DNA from: an uncultured Phycisphaerales bacterium
GTDB taxonomy: Bacteria; Planctomycetota; Phycisphaerae; Tepidisphaerales; Tepidisphaeraceae
Length of the DNA: 64,000 bases
Assembly (NCBI GenBank): GCA_963773725.1
Contig: CAVZCA010000001.1
Location: 9,843-73,842, forward strand
Reading direction: 5' to 3'
Shown here: one piece after another, positions 10,274-22,982 of the stretch
Layout of the letters: each line of letters opens with the position of its first letter
Numbering within the stretch: position 1 is the stretch's first letter
Program-made: the position numbers and the translations under genes
The notes under the pieces: model-generated
Seen by the model: only the letters and a program-made list of their open reading frames with translations
Database searches by the model: none
What the model was told of the DNA's origin: nothing

Positions 10274-10660
10274 ATGAAGCTCGAGTATTTAATCACGAGT
10301 TCTCGCGGCCGAATCATCTCCCTCCACGATTTCAATACTTCAGAAGCGATGCAACTCCGGCAAGTGTTTGCCGACCTAGCAAGCGGTGCGGTTACTTCGG
10401 TTGAGCTTCACGCGATGCCGTTTATCGAATCGATTGACGATTGTCGGATCACATTGCGAGCGGGCAAGCGGGATGTGGGCATCATTGCTGTTAGCCCTAA
10501 TGCGTTTGAATGCACACTTCGGCCACTTCTTTGGGACAACAATGAGGGTTTGACGGAACCATTTTGTGATTCAATCAGGCCCAATTCCGGCCAGGATCTT
10601 GATGTGCCGGTATACAGTGAAATCAAGTTATGCCTTTCACCGGTTGGCATGTATCCATGA
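10274..10660 (+). CDS. Hypothetical protein in a lower-GC islet
   Basis: 128-aa ORF immediately after lpdA. I recognise no motif. Confidence 0.35.
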   Translation: MKLEYLITSSRGRIISLHDFNTSEAMQLRQVFADLASGAVTSVELHAMPFIESIDDCRITLRAGKRDVGIIAVSPNAFECTLRPLLWDNNEGLTEPFCDSIRPNSGQDLDVPVYSEIKLCLSPVGMYP

Positions 10661-10794
10661 ACCGATATCGGGCCAGCAGTTGGCATCATGACCCGCTAGT
10701 TTCATGGCCCCGCGTCCCCTAGTACAATCAAGCCATGACGTTGGAGACAACCCAGACCCTTCTCTCCCGCCACCAATAGTTCCCGAAAGGCCCC

Positions 10795-12035
10795 ATGCCC
10801 AAAGATCGAGCAGACAATTCCTACAAAGCAAAATTCCGCCCCGACACGGATTCCAAGCTGGATGCCCAGATCGACACCGCGCTCAGCGATGTATCGCTCG
10901 ATGCCCTCTATGGCTTCGACAAGCCAAAATCTCCCGAACCCACCGGCGGCGACGGTGGTCGTGACAAAGGCGTCCGCCGCGGAAAATCGTCTCCGTTGGC
11001 AAGGACGATGCCTTCGTCGATTTCGGCGGCAAGAGCCAGGGGATCGTCTCACTCACGCAATTTATAGATGATGAGCTGCCGACCGTCGGGCAGGAAATGG
11101 AATTCAATGTCGATCGATATGACTCGGCTGAGGGTTTGCTCATCCTCTCCCGCAAAGGTGTGTCGGCATCCAACGTCACATGGGAGACGCTCGAAGTCGG
11201 CCAGATCGTCGATGGCGTCGTCACCGGCGTGAACAAGGGGGGCTTGGAAATCGACGTCAAGGGAATGCGCGCGTTCATGCCCGCGGGCCAGGTCGATGTC
11301 TATCACGTGCCCGATCTCTCGCAGTTCGTGAATCAGAAAATGACCGCTGAGGTGACCGCCTTCGAGCGGCAGGGGAAGAACATCGTTCTCTCACGCCGAA
11401 ATATCGTCGAGCGCGAGCGCGAAGACCAGAAGAAAAAGCTGATGGAGGAACTCGCCGAGGGGCAGATTCGCCGCGGAACTGTGCGAAGCGTGCTCGATTT
11501 CGGCGCGTTTATCGATCTCGGCGGCGTCGATGGTTTGCTGCACGTCAGCGAGATGAGCTTTCGCCGCGTGCGCAATCCGGGCGAAGTCGTGAAAACCGGC
11601 GATGTCCTCGATGTGAAGGTTCTGAAAATCGATCGCGAGACAGGCAAGCTGAGCCTGAGCCTCAAGCAGGTGCTTGGCGTCGATCCCTGGTCCGATGCCG
11701 GCGCGCGATACGCCATCGGCTCGGAAGTGACGGGACGCGTGACCAAGCTTCAGAGCTTCGGCGCGTTCATCGAGGTGGAAGAGGGGATCGAAGGCCTGCT
11801 GCCGATCAGCGAGATGAGCCATCGGCGGATCAGATCAGCCGAGGAAGTGGTCAAGGAGGGGGACACCGTCCGGCTCGTGGTTCTCTCGGTCGATCCGGTC
11901 GCGCGGCGAATGTCGTTCAGTCTGAAGCAGGCGACTCCCGAAGCGCCACCCGAGGCTCCTGCGGCGGCAGCGCCCGCAACCCCGGCCAGTCCGAAGAAAA
12001 AGCGGCCGCAACTGCGCGGGGGACTCGATTTTTAG
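10795..12035 (+). CDS. rpsA: S1 RNA-binding domain protein (ribosomal protein S1-like, about 4 S1 repeats), with a frame change near 10985
   Basis: ORF pieces 10795-11067 and 11097-12035. Repeated S1 modules (GQIVDGVVTGVNKGGLEIDV, GQIRRGTVRSVLDFGAFIDLG, GSEVTGRVTKLQSFGAFIEV). Confidence 0.75.
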
Positions 12036-12045
12036 AATTCTTGAA

Positions 12046-13683
12046 ATGGGAATTCGCCGAACTACAGCAGTTCTTGTTCTGTCGATCACGCTCCTTTGCC
12101 GCATTCCATCCCTCGCGCAAACCACCCAGCCGGAGAATACCGCCGCCCGATGGGTGAAGCTGTTCGACCGGGACAAGGACGGCTTCACCAATTTCCCGCT
12201 CGGCGAAGAAGCGAGAATCATTCTCGTCAGCACCACCGACGGCAGCGATTTCAATGACGGGAGGCTCCAGCCGGTCCGCTCGCTGAAGAAAGCGATGTCC
12301 CTCACCCGCCTGGGATATCCCGATCGAATCCTCTTCAAGCGCGGCGATACTTTTTCCGAAGCGAACATCAACGCCAACATCGCCCTGCGCAGTCGCGGCG
12401 CGATGGAGCCGGTAATCATCGGCGCGTACGGGAATGTGCAATTGCCGCGGCCGGTGCTGCGGTCGTCGTTGAATCTCGGGGCCAAGCCATTGCCGCGGTA
12501 CATGGTGTTGCAGGGGCTCGACCTGTACGCCGACAGCCGCGACCCGGCGGGAAAATCATTTCATCCGAAAAAGATGAGTCACGCCCAGAATAATGGCGTC
12601 AACATGGTTTGCAGCGGCGGGTTTCTCTGGATCGAAGATTGCCGCTGCCGCGATTTCGGGATGGGGATCATGCTGCAATCCAAGGAATCCGATTTATTCG
12701 ATACGGTCATCGTCCGCCGCTGCGAGATCGTCGATTCCTGGAATTTCAGCTTTTCATCCGGCCTTTACATCGACAATCTCAAGAACGTGCTGATCGAGGA
12801 AAACCTGTTCGACCATAACGGCTGGGCGGAAGGCGTATCAGGCGCAGGGAAAACAATTTTCAATCACAACATGTATCTGCAGCGCGTCGAAGTCGGCGAA
12901 GACCGGCATTTCATCGTCCGCAACAACATCAGTGCAAGGGCGTCGAGCCATGGTTGCCAGTTGCACCGGGCGGATTGCTCGAGAACAATTTGTTTCTGAA
13001 AGACCCGCTCGGTGCATACGTCAGCTATGCACCCTCGATCGTCCGAAACAATGTCGTGCTGGATGGAGACGGCATCGGGTCCGGCACCGCGCGGGCAGGG
13101 CCTGGAATTCTGGAATTGCCCAACCGTGCTGGTCGAGGGAAACGTTCTCGCCCACAAGCCGGACAAAATCAACGGCCTGGAAGCCCTCTCATACAACCCG
13201 CAAATGCACAATTCCTGGAAAGTCCCCACGCACGGCGAGATTCGCAACAACGTCGTCTACGACTGGTCGGGCGCAGCGTTCAAGCTGGAATCGTCGCCGG
13301 ATGAATTGTCCGTGCACGATAATTTCTTCCAGCAGCAACGCGATCAATTGATTATTTTGAACGCGTGGAAGCCAATCTACGCGTTTCGTGACAATCATTA
13401 TGCGTCCGCTGGCGCCAAGCTATTCCAAATCGCCAAGCAGGACCTGAATTGGAAACAGTGGCTGAGCCAAACGCAGGATCATTCGGATATGGCCGAGACA
13501 AAATTCGCCGATCCATCCCGCGACATCGTCACATATGCCAAGTCGATCGGCCTGAACGACGCATCACTCGAAGGATTCCTAGCTGCCGCGCGCGAGCAGC
13601 GCCGAGGACACTGGGACCCGCGCCTGACGGCAGACGCGGTAAACGATTACATCCGCGCCGGCTTCGCCCAAAAACAGAACTAA
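12046..13683 (+). CDS. Secreted right-handed parallel beta-helix repeat protein, with about 2 frame changes near 12960 and 13090
   Basis: Signal peptide MGIRRTTAVLVLSITLLCRIPSLAQ. Repeated [IV]xxN[LV]F / NN[IV] rungs across ORF pieces 12046-12999, 12954-13304 and 13012-13683. Confidence 0.6.
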
Positions 13684-13707
13684 GCAAGAGCAAATCTCAC
13701 TGCCGGC

Positions 13708-13828
13708 AAAAGGCGAGCCCGATTAATATCAGGCAAGCCAACAGTTTTCACGACGGGAAATAATTCCCCCTATTCGAGTCAGGGCCTTCAATCGTCACAA
13801 AAACCGCAACCGATCATCTTCCCAATGA
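13708..13828. repeat. Copy of the dispersed intergenic repeat family (same family as 3391-3654)
   Basis: AAAAGGCGAGCC...CCTATTCGAGTCAGG...CGTCACAAAAACCGCAACCGATCATC aligns with arm 2 of the 3.4-kb palindrome (CAGGCGAGCC...CCTATTCGAGTAAGC...CGTCACGAAAACCGTAACCGATCATC). It contains an internal short inverted copy (AGTTTTCACGACGG). Confidence 0.65.
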
Positions 13829-13851
13829 ATTACCGCGCAGCCCAATTCCTA

Positions 13852-15414
13852 TCACCAGGTATATTTAACTGAATACGTCACAACCTTTTCCCCATCCGCC
13901 GGCACATCCACCGGAAAGTGAATAGTTCGAAAATCCTGCTTTTCCCACTTATCGCTGCTGGCAGTAATTTCCCAATTATTCCAGCGATACAAATTTTCCT
14001 TAACGATCACATGCACCGCTTCCTTCTTATGATTCCGCAGCTTGATCTCAAACGATTCGGTAACAACATGCCCATTAAAATTGGCATTGAAATCCGTCTG
14101 GCGCCGTTCGCCGACAATGTCAAACGCGCTGCCAAGCTTGATCATCACGTTTTCATCTTTAGGCGTGTGCTGAATGACATCTTCGCCGATGAATTCTTTC
14201 GAGCCGTCCGCCTCGTCGCGCTTATAAACACGAATCCGCCCCGCCGGCAGCGGAATCCCCAGCCCGTTGCTCTCGCATTCGTCAGCAAAAGATAAACATC
14301 CACCTTCTTGTTTGAATCGGTCCCCAGGTTCTGGTCCATATTCGGATTGTCAGCCGCCCAGAACCGCAATTGCTCGGGGACTCCGTAATACACATAAGTT
14401 TTCTCCACCGGAACATTCAGCTTCGGCTCGAACAACTCGATTTGTTTCGTGCTGTTGTTGGACAGAGAGGTCGTGCGGCCAAGGGTGTACAGATGATATT
14501 CAAAAAATGATTTCTCCGCGAAGCCGGCCGGCGCTTCGTTCATGGCTTTGGTAGCCAGTTGGTCCGCCATCTGGTACATCGGCTGCGGCGGCTTCATCCG
14601 CTGGACATCGCCGGCGACCAGCTTGAGTTGCGCATCCGGATAGGCCGCTCCGCTCTGATTGAGAATCGTCACCCACGCCCCGATGTCGGCGGCGGTGTCA
14701 TCATCATTGACCGTCACGTTGTAATCCGCCCGCCAGGTGAGGCTGTCGGTCTGATACGTCACCTGCGCCAAATGCGTCCCGGCCTGCGTATTGTGAATCT
14801 TCCAGACCAGCGTCGGCTTGGTGATCAGGCTGGCGTCGTTGCTGGAGAGTTGAATCCCTTCAATCTCCGGCCCGCGCGTAATGACCTGTACATTTCCGCG
14901 CCGAGTCCTGCACCACCAGATTTGACGCATCGAACGCCAGAAGTGTCCCCGTAAGTGCTTGCGCAGCGCCGCCCCCCGAGCCGCGGCGAACGACCTGAAT
15001 CTCCTTCCCAAGATATTTCCCCATCAGCTTGTCCGCGCTGACCAGGTCATATTCGTAATTCTGCTCCAGGACGCGTAGCCGCGTCCGGCGCGGTCAGCGA
15101 CTGAAACGAAACCGTCGTCGGATCGATCCCGGTGGCCACATCCGTAAACCGAATCGTGTTGTCCCCCTCATCCAGCTTGATCTCCCGGTTCTCGCGCACG
15201 ATCCCATAGCCCGGCAGCGGATTCTGCTGAGGGTAATAGGGATTGAACGTTTGCTGGCGGACAATCTCCTGCGGATCAAACGTCGCCGGATCGGCATTGC
15301 TGTAAATCGTCAGCGAGAATCCGGGCTGCGGCGCAGCGGCGCATCGGCGCAAGCCGTGGATGCAGCGCAGGCAAGAGTGATCGCCGCCCACGTAAGCAAT
15401 CGATTGGAATTCAT
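13852..15414 (-). CDS. DUF4139-like secreted protein, with about 4 frame changes
   Basis: The ATG at 15412-15414 gives signal peptide MNSNRLLTWAAITLACAAS. ORF pieces 15047-15391, 14145-15011 and 13852-14148 end in ...VDVPADGEKVVTYSVKYTW. Confidence 0.6.
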
Positions 15415-15522
15415 GGTGAATGCTCCAGGTTAATAAAGCCCCTGCCAGATGATGAGTAGACGCGCCGAACGCTGGGAAGTTCCATTAGAATTCCAACTGC
15501 TTCGGCGATACAGTGTTTTCCC

Positions 15523-16027
15523 ATGCCGCAGTTCATTATTACAGCCGTCGGCCCCGATCGCCCCGGAATTGTGGGGGAACTGACCGCCCATCATTCATAG
15601 CGGCGGCGGAAATATTCTCGATTCGCGCATGGTGAACCTGCGCGGCGAGTTCGCGATGCTGATTCTGGTCGAAATGGCGGACGGAGCCAGCCTCCCCAAA
15701 GTCGGCGAGAAGATGGGCCTGCGACTCAGCGTTTCAGAATTGCACGGCAAACGCGCGGGAGTCAGTGGCCTGCCGTACCGCCTCAAGACCTATTCAATGG
15801 ATCAGCCGGGGATCGTGGCCAAATTGTCGCAGGTGCTTCGCGAATACGGAGTCAACATCGAAGAATTGTCAGCCCGCCAGGAATCAGCCCCATTTTCAGG
15901 TTCGCCACTCTTTCTGACTGAGATGCGATTGACCGTGCCGGCGTCGGTTTCGCTCGGAAAGTTGCGCGCGGAACTGGAATCGGTTGGCAACGCGCTCAAC
16001 TGCGATATTGATCTGGATCCCGCTTGA
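15523..16027 (+). CDS. ACT-domain pair protein (glycine cleavage system regulator GcvR-like), with a frame change near 15595
   Basis: [22 protein letters not shown] (ACT 1) from the ATG at 15523, then ORF 15629-16027 with [26 protein letters not shown] (ACT 2). Confidence 0.55.
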
Positions 16028-17216
16028 AGGTCAGCAATCCCAAACCCGTGAGGTTCGAACTCATTCGCCAGGATCGCGCCAGCAGCGCGGCTGGGTCGTG
16101 TTTCCACGCCACACGGAATTTTCGATACGCCCGCGTTCATGCCAGTGGGGACGCAAGGCTCGATCAAGGGGGTCTTGCCCGATCAGGTCGAGCAAACCGG
16201 ATCGCAGATCGTTCTTGGCCAACACGTATCACCTGATGCTTCGCCCCGGCGAAAAGACGGTCGCGGAACTAGGCGGCCTGCATCGTTTCATGGGATGGCC
16301 CGGGCCGATCCTGACCGACAGCGGGGGATTCCAGGTCTTTTCGCTTGCGGATTTGAACGAGGTCTCCGATGCCGGCGTGAAATTCAAAAGCCATATCGAT
16401 GGCAGCGAGGTCTTCCTCGATGCCAGGCGAAGCATCGAGGTGCAGAACGATCTGGGAGCGGACATCATCATGGCGTTCGATCAATGCCCGCCGGCAACAG
16501 CCCCGGTCGATGTGCATGCGCAGGCCGTCGAGCGAACCATCCGCTGGGCCGAGCAATGTCTGGCGGCACATGCACGGCCGGATGAACAGGGACTCTTCGG
16601 CATCGTTCAGGGCGGCGTCGATCTCGACCTTCGCGGCACGACTGCGCAACCGAGCTCTCAGCCATGGATTTCAGCGGTTATGCCCTCGGCGGCCTGGCGG
16701 TTGGCGAGGGATTTGAGGCGATGAAGACGGTCCTGCGCGAAATTGGCCCGATGCTGCCCGCGCGATAAGCCGCGGTATCTCATGGGCGTCGGGTTTCCGC
16801 GCGATATCGTCGCCGGCGTGGCGGCGGGGATCGATATGTTCGATTGCGTCCTCCCCACGCGCAACGGCCGCAATGCCTATGCCTTCACGGCTCAGGGCCC
16901 GATACGCCTGCGAAACAGCGTTCATCAGCGCGATAACGGCCCAATTGAGGCGGGTTGCGACTGTTACGCCTGCCGGAATTTCACCCGGGGGGCCATCCGG
17001 CACTTTTTTTTCGCGGGCGAGATGCTTGGCCCGGTGCTGGTTTCCGTGCATAATATGCGGTTCTACCAACGGCTGATGGCGGATATTCGCCGGTCGATCG
17101 GAGAGGGGAGTTTCGACTCCTTCGTGCGAAACGATGCGCGTTGCCAGCTCGGGCCCCGGCGCTGCCGCCGCCGAACCGGAAGATTGATGAACGCGGCTCG
17201 CTGGCGAGACCGCTGA
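16024..17216 (+). CDS. tgt: Queuine tRNA-ribosyltransferase (tRNA-guanine transglycosylase), with at least 4 frame changes
   Basis: Motifs [58 protein letters not shown] and CDCYAC spread over pieces 16024-16236, 16139-16585, 15984-16724 and 16743-17216. Confidence 0.85.
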
Positions 17217-17269
17217 ATGATAATCCTATAAGGAGAACTGCTTGAGCATTTTGCAATCTACTGGCCGAC

Positions 17270-17585
17270 GTGGCCCCCGCGACAACCCGTCCGACCGAGC
17301 CCGTTCCCTGGTATGCCAATCCGCAGCAGATGCTCGTGCTGCTGGTCTTCGGCGATGCTGATCTATCTGTTCTTCGGCTCCCAGAAGACCCGCAAAAAAG
17401 AGCAGCGGCAGCGGGAAGACATGCTGAACAACATGAAGCGGGGCGACAAGGTCGTGACCGCCGGCGGAATCCTCGGCACGATCGTCGATGTGCGCGACAC
17501 CGACGTGGTGCTGAAGGTGGACGAAAGCACCAACACCAAGATCAAGTTCACCCGCGACGCGATCAAGCGGGTGCTCGTCGAGTGA
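17270..17585 (+). CDS. yajC: Preprotein translocase subunit YajC, with a frame change near 17345
   Basis: ...QQMLVLLVF / AMLIYLFFGSQKTRKKEQRQREDMLNNMKRGDKVVTAGGILGTIVDV. Located directly upstream of secDF. Confidence 0.8.
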
Positions 17586-17665
17586 TGAATCGCCGTCCAC
17601 CGCCAAGTAAGAAGCGCCAAGTCAAGAGTTGTTCGTTTATCTGATCGGTTACGGATCATTCCATC

Positions 17666-20600
17666 ATGCCAACGACTTATTCGAAACCGGATCACGCTGA
17701 TTGCCACGGTGCTCGTGCTGTCGCTCCTGGCGATATTCTGGGGTCCGCCGTCGCGGCTGTTCGATCACAACCTCACCGCCATTCAGAAGACCGATCTCCG
17801 CCCCGGCATCGACATGGTCGGCGGCGTGAGCCTGGTCTATGCGATTCAGGCGGCCAGGCAATACCGATCCCGATCTTGTCCGAGCATGTAATGGAAGCCC
17901 TGAAAAAGCGCGTCGATCCGCTGGGGCTGCGAAACCTCGTCTGGCGTCCGCAGGGCAATGACCGCATCGAAATCGAAATGCCGCTGTCGTCGCGAGGCAA
18001 CCGAAGCCCCGCGCATCAAGCAGGCGTTTAACGAAGCGCAGCAGAAGCTGGATGCGACCAATGTCCGCCAGGACGAGGTCCTCAATGCGGTCGAGCATCT
18101 GACCGGCCCGCAGCGAGATCAGCGGCTTGCCGAGCTGGCGTCGGACGAGCAAGACCCGGGCGGACGCTCTTCAAGAATCTCTCGCAGACGTTCGACCAGA
18201 TCCAGGCAGCTCCGCGCGAATCCGCAAAAGCTGCCGCTGCCGATGCTGGCGGCGCAAGTTGCAGCCGCTGACGGTTGCGTATGACGACTTGAAATTGCAG
18301 ATCGATCAGACCAATCTGTCGCCGGCAGACCTTCAACCGATTCTCGACCAGGTCAATTCCGATGATCCGGACCAGAAAAAGGCCGGGCGACCAGAAGCTG
18401 GACGATCTGAAGAAAAAGTTCGCCGATTTCCCAACGCGGCTGAACGCGATGGACGAATTCCAGGCGAAATACAAGGATTACGATTCGGTCAAGAACGCGA
18501 TCACCGGCGCGGAAGATCTGAAGCGCCTGCTGCAAGGCTCGGGCGTTTTGGAATTCCACATTCTGGCGGACAACGTCACCGCCAATCCAGCGGATTTGAA
18601 GGCGATGGACGCGCGGCTGCAGCCGGGCGGGAAGGGGCCGCTGCCGCAGCCGGGCGACACGATCCGCTGGATGGAAGTGGATCGCCCGGAGGAATTCGAC
18701 AAGCCCGGCGAGCCGCCGGAAACGCACGAATGGAACGGCAAGCATTACATCCCGGTGCTGGTCGACGCCGGACGCCTCGATGACCAAGGCCAGAGCGGCA
18801 AATGGGGGCTGGAGAACGCGCGCGCCGCAGACCATGCAGGATGGCAGCCGGGCGGTCGGATTCAACTTCGACAACACCGGCGGAAATCTTTTCGGCGATC
18901 TCACCACGCACTGGTTCAACGTCGCCAAGCAGCACACGGATGTCGCCGACCCCCATTCGAAGCTGGCGATCGTGCTGGACAACAAGATCATCAGCGCCCC
19001 CAATCTCAATTACGGCGAATCACCGGCGGCTCGGGCGTCATCACCGGCGGCGGCAAGGGCGGATTCACCACGCAGGAACTCGAATTACCTGATCAACACA
19101 CTGAACGCCGGCAGCCTCCCGGCTCAGCTTTCCGATGAGCCGATCAGCGAGCAGCAGGTCGGTCCGACGCTGGGCGCCGACAATCTCTATCGCGGGCTGG
19201 TCGCCTGCGGCTTCGGCCTGATCGTCGTGGCGGTGTTTCTGATCAGCTATTACTACCTCGCGGGAGTGGTCGCGTTCTTCGCCGTGCTGATGAACCTCGT
19301 GCTGATTCTCGGCACGATGTGCGCCCTCAACGCGACGTTCACGCTGCCCAGCATCGCCGGCATCGTGCTGACCGATCGGCACGGCCGTGGACGCCAACGT
19401 GCTGATCTTCGAGCGTCTGCGCGAAGAGCAGCATCAAAATCTTCCGCTTGCGCATGGCCCTGCGCAACAGCTACGCCCAGGCGCAAAGCGCCATCATCGA
19501 CTCCAACATGACCAGCATCATCACCTCGCTCTGTCTCTACGCCTTCGGATCGGAAGAGGTGAAGGGATTCGGCCTGACGCTGATCATCGGCATCGTCGCC
19601 AGCTTGTTCACGGCGCTGTACGTCACCAAGACCATTTTCGGGATCATGATCGACAAGTTCGGCATGAAGCAGCCTCGGCAGCTTGCCGCTGACCTTCCCC
19701 GCATGGGATCGGCTGCTCAAGCCCAAATGGGACTGGATGGGCAAGGCGTGGATCTTCTACACCTTCAGCATCATCATGCTGGCGATCGGCATGACGCTGT
19801 TCGTCGATCAAGGTGAAGCAGGGGCGGATGATGGACATCGAATTCGCCACCGGGACATCGCTCCAGTTCCAGTTGAAGCAGCCGATGGATCAGGACGATG
19901 TGCGCAAGCTCATCGAAGCCGAAAGCCTGAAAGATCCGGTGGCGCTGCCCAGCCCCAAGCGTGGTGGCGGTGGGAACCGACCGGCTGCATTACCAGGTCG
20001 TCGTCGCCCAACGACAAACGAGAAATGGTGCGCAATGCCGTGCTCGAAGCGATGAATGGCAAGCTGCAGCTTCAGCTTCCATCGGAATTCGACAGGCGCG
20101 GAAGCGGATTATCAAAGATGCATCGGACAAAGAGGTGCTGCCGATTTCCAATCGATCGTTTGCGATTGACGGCTTACACCCCGCCCGCGGCTTCGAGCCA
20201 TCCCGGCGGAGTGGCGATCGTGCTGAAGAATATTTCCCCGCCGCTGTCGGTCGATGAAATCACCAAGCGGCTGGACAACCAGCGGCTGTCGAGTTCATCG
20301 GCGAACGACCGGGTCGGTGCAGTACACAGTTGAAGCTCCGGGCGATCCAAGCAAGCCAACCGCGTTTGCCGTCGTCGTCGGATGGAATCCGTCGGTCTCA
20401 TACGAAGCGGATCGGCAAATGGGACGGCGAGCTCGCCGAGCCGCTCTGGGGCCTGGTGAAGGACGCGGTGAATCATCCGCCATCATTCGAGCAGGAAACT
20501 AATTTCGATCCGCAGGTCGCCGGCGAAATGCAGCAGGATGCTTTCCTCGCGCTGGCCTTCTCGATCATCGCGATCATGATTTACATCTGGGTGCGGTTCG

Positions 20601-21116
20601 GCAATCTCAAATACGGTACCGCGACGGTCGTCGCGCTGCTGCACGACACGGTCTTCACCCTGGCGGCGCTCGGGCTTTGCCCATTACATCGCCGATTACT
20701 GGCCGCATAATTTCCTGCAGATCGAGCCGTTCCGCATCAACCTGACGGTGGTCGCCGGCATTTTGACGATCATGGGATATTCGATGATCGACACGATCGT
20801 GGTCTTCGACCGCATCCGCGAAAACCGCGGAAGGTATGGACATCTCGACCGGGCGGTGATCAACGACGCCATCAATCAGACCCTATCGCGCACGATGCTG
20901 ACGTGCGGAACCACGATCATGACCGTCTCGTTCATGTATTTCCTGGGCGGCGCCGGCATCCACGGCTTTACATTCGTGCTGCTCATTGGCATATTGGTGG
21001 GAACGTATTCGTCGGTGGCAATCGCGGCTCCGCTGCTTTTGTGGGGCAAGGACGAAAAGCGGCCCACCGGCGTGATGCAGGCGCCCGTCGGGCAAGTTCC
21101 ACGGGCAAGCGTTTAA
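17666..21116 (+). CDS. secDF: Fused protein-export membrane protein SecDF, with at least 12 frame changes
   Basis: A chain of colinear plus-strand pieces: GIDMVGGVSLVY, LGLRNLVWRPQGNDRIEIEMP, the large periplasmic domain 18362-19138, GPTLGADNL...AVFLISYYYLAG, DANVLIFERLREE, then the SecF part FDPQVAGEMQQDAF...MIYIWVRF and GYSMIDTIVVFDRIREN. Confidence 0.85.
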
Positions 21117-21157
21117 GACAAATCTGGAGTCAGTCTGCTGGGAAAGGAGTCCCGCAC

Positions 21158-22158
21158 ATGCGTAAAGACGTAAAATTCGGATTGACCATCGGGGCGATTC
21201 TGGTCGTTACCCTTGTTGTATATGTGATCGTTCTGTCCCGCGGACCGGCGATGCCGCCCAAGATCGGCCTCACCATGCCGAGCCCGTCGGACCATCAGGC
21301 CGACCCGACCGATTCAACCCCAACGCCGTCGGCCACGCCGCAAACGGATGTGGCGGACAATTCCGTTCCTAATTCGCAGGTAGCAACTGGCAATACGGAT
21401 ACAGCCACCACGCCAGCCCCGGCGCCCGAAGCCGATGCGGCCACTCCCGCAACCCAGCCCACCGCCAGCAGCAACGACACCAAGACCGACTGGGATGGCG
21501 CTCTGAAGAACGGTCTGCCGCCCAGCCTCTCCGCCCCCGTGACCCCGGAGCATACGGTCACGCCGATGATTGATTCGGCTCCGGTGAATTCAGCGCGGAT
21601 GGCGTCAGCCGCGCAGCCAATACGCCGGTGATCGATCCGCTTCCGACGACGCAGCCCTCCAGCCTGTTTGCCAGCAATCAGTATGTTTCCGATCCGGCCC
21701 CAACCCCTTCGCCGGCGGCTCTCCCGCCGGTTGCAGTTTCAGCCCCTATGGCGCGGACCCATCGCGTCGCCGCGGGTGAATCTCCCTACTCGATCGCTGA
21801 AAGCGTCTATGGCAGCCCGCGATATTACAAGAGGATTCTCGCCGCCAACCCAGGCCTCGATCCGCGGCATCTCAAGATCGGCCAGATCCTGGTCATTCCC
21901 GAATTGACGGACAGCGAGAAAAATCCCTCCTCGGCCACCAGCGCCGCCGAGGTCCATGTCGATTCCGCGACGATGTACACCGTCGCTTCCGGCGATACGC
22001 TGGAGAGCATCTGTATCAAGCTCTACGGCTCAGCCGGCATGATCGACAAGCTCTATCTTGCAAACAAATCGATGATCGGCCCGGATGAAAACGTTTTGAA
22101 AATCGGCTGGGTGCTCAAGCTGCCACAGCCTCCCACAGTCGCCAGCGCCCAGCGATAA
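21158..22158 (+). CDS. Membrane-anchored Pro/Thr-rich protein with two C-terminal LysM domains, with a frame change near 21600
   Basis: MRKDVKFGLTIGAILVVTLVVYVIVL anchor. LysM-like HRVAAGESPYSIAESVYG...LKIGQILVIP and YTVASGDTLESICIKLYG...LKIGWVLKLP. Confidence 0.7.
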
Positions 22159-22352
22159 ATGTTTAGCGGGTCTTCCCGCGACAGCGCAACGCAAGAATCA
22201 GCAAGCAATTACGGGGGCATATATCTAAGCCCGCTGATGATTCCACGGCAATCCGCGCCACTTTTTCGTTGCTTAAATAGCACCACAAAGATAATCTCCC
22301 TCAAGTCTTTGGTGCATGTCGGTTGGGGAGAGCACGTCAGCGAAGAGCACCT

Positions 22353-22796
22353 ATGAAACGCGCAGTGGTTTGCACAACTGGCTTGGTTTTCCTGCTTTCC
22401 GGCCCGATTGGCGCATATGTTGTTCAGCCGGATGATCATTTCGCAAATGAGGCCGCCGCCAATATTGCGGCCGATGGCTCCATCAGATTTGTGGAGCCCG
22501 GCGTCGCGGCAGCCAGAGCCAGATGGTTCGATGCCAATGAAAATCTCGGGCAAAACACGGAATCGCAACTGCAGCTAAAGGAGAATTCCAATCTGGTTGA
22601 GCCGTCACGGGACGACAGCGGCTTGACGAGGGATTTCTCAGTGTCTGAACCGGTGACGTCGTCTTCCGGACCCGCACCAACAGAGGCCCCAATGCCTCGG
22701 GCGGGATGGATCGGTCTGGCTGGTGTCCTGGGCGTCATGGCGGCGCGATGGTTTAGCGCTTCAAGACGATCCCGGGGCAAATCAGCGGCGGGCTGA
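22353..22796 (+). CDS. Small secreted protein with a PEP-CTERM-like C-terminal anchor
   Basis: MKRAVVCTTGLVFLLSGPIGA signal. C-terminus APMPRAGWIGLAGVLGVMAARWFSASRRSRG (a P-x-P motif, hydrophobic helix and Arg cluster). Confidence 0.4.
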   Translation: MKRAVVCTTGLVFLLSGPIGAYVVQPDDHFANEAAANIAADGSIRFVEPGVAAARARWFDANENLGQNTESQLQLKENSNLVEPSRDDSGLTRDFSVSEPVTSSSGPAPTEAPMPRAGWIGLAGVLGVMAARWFSASRRSRGKSAAG

Positions 22797-22833
22797 TCGA
22801 TTCGGGAGGAAATCCGAGCAGGGAAGGGAAATT

Positions 22834-22862
22834 GGGCGGTGCGCGGAGCTCCGCCCTTTTTT
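22834..22862 (+). terminator. Rho-independent terminator
   Basis: GGGCGG-tgcgcggagct-CCGCCC followed by TTTTTT. Confidence 0.6.
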
Positions 22863-22982
22863 ATTGCGCTGATGCAAACCTTGGTTTTTTATCCCCGCGC
22901 CCGGCTGTGTTCCTCCAGCCGTTGAATCAATTCACACGCTTCCTCTTCATGTTCCCCGACGCTCGTCGTCCAGACCAGCGGC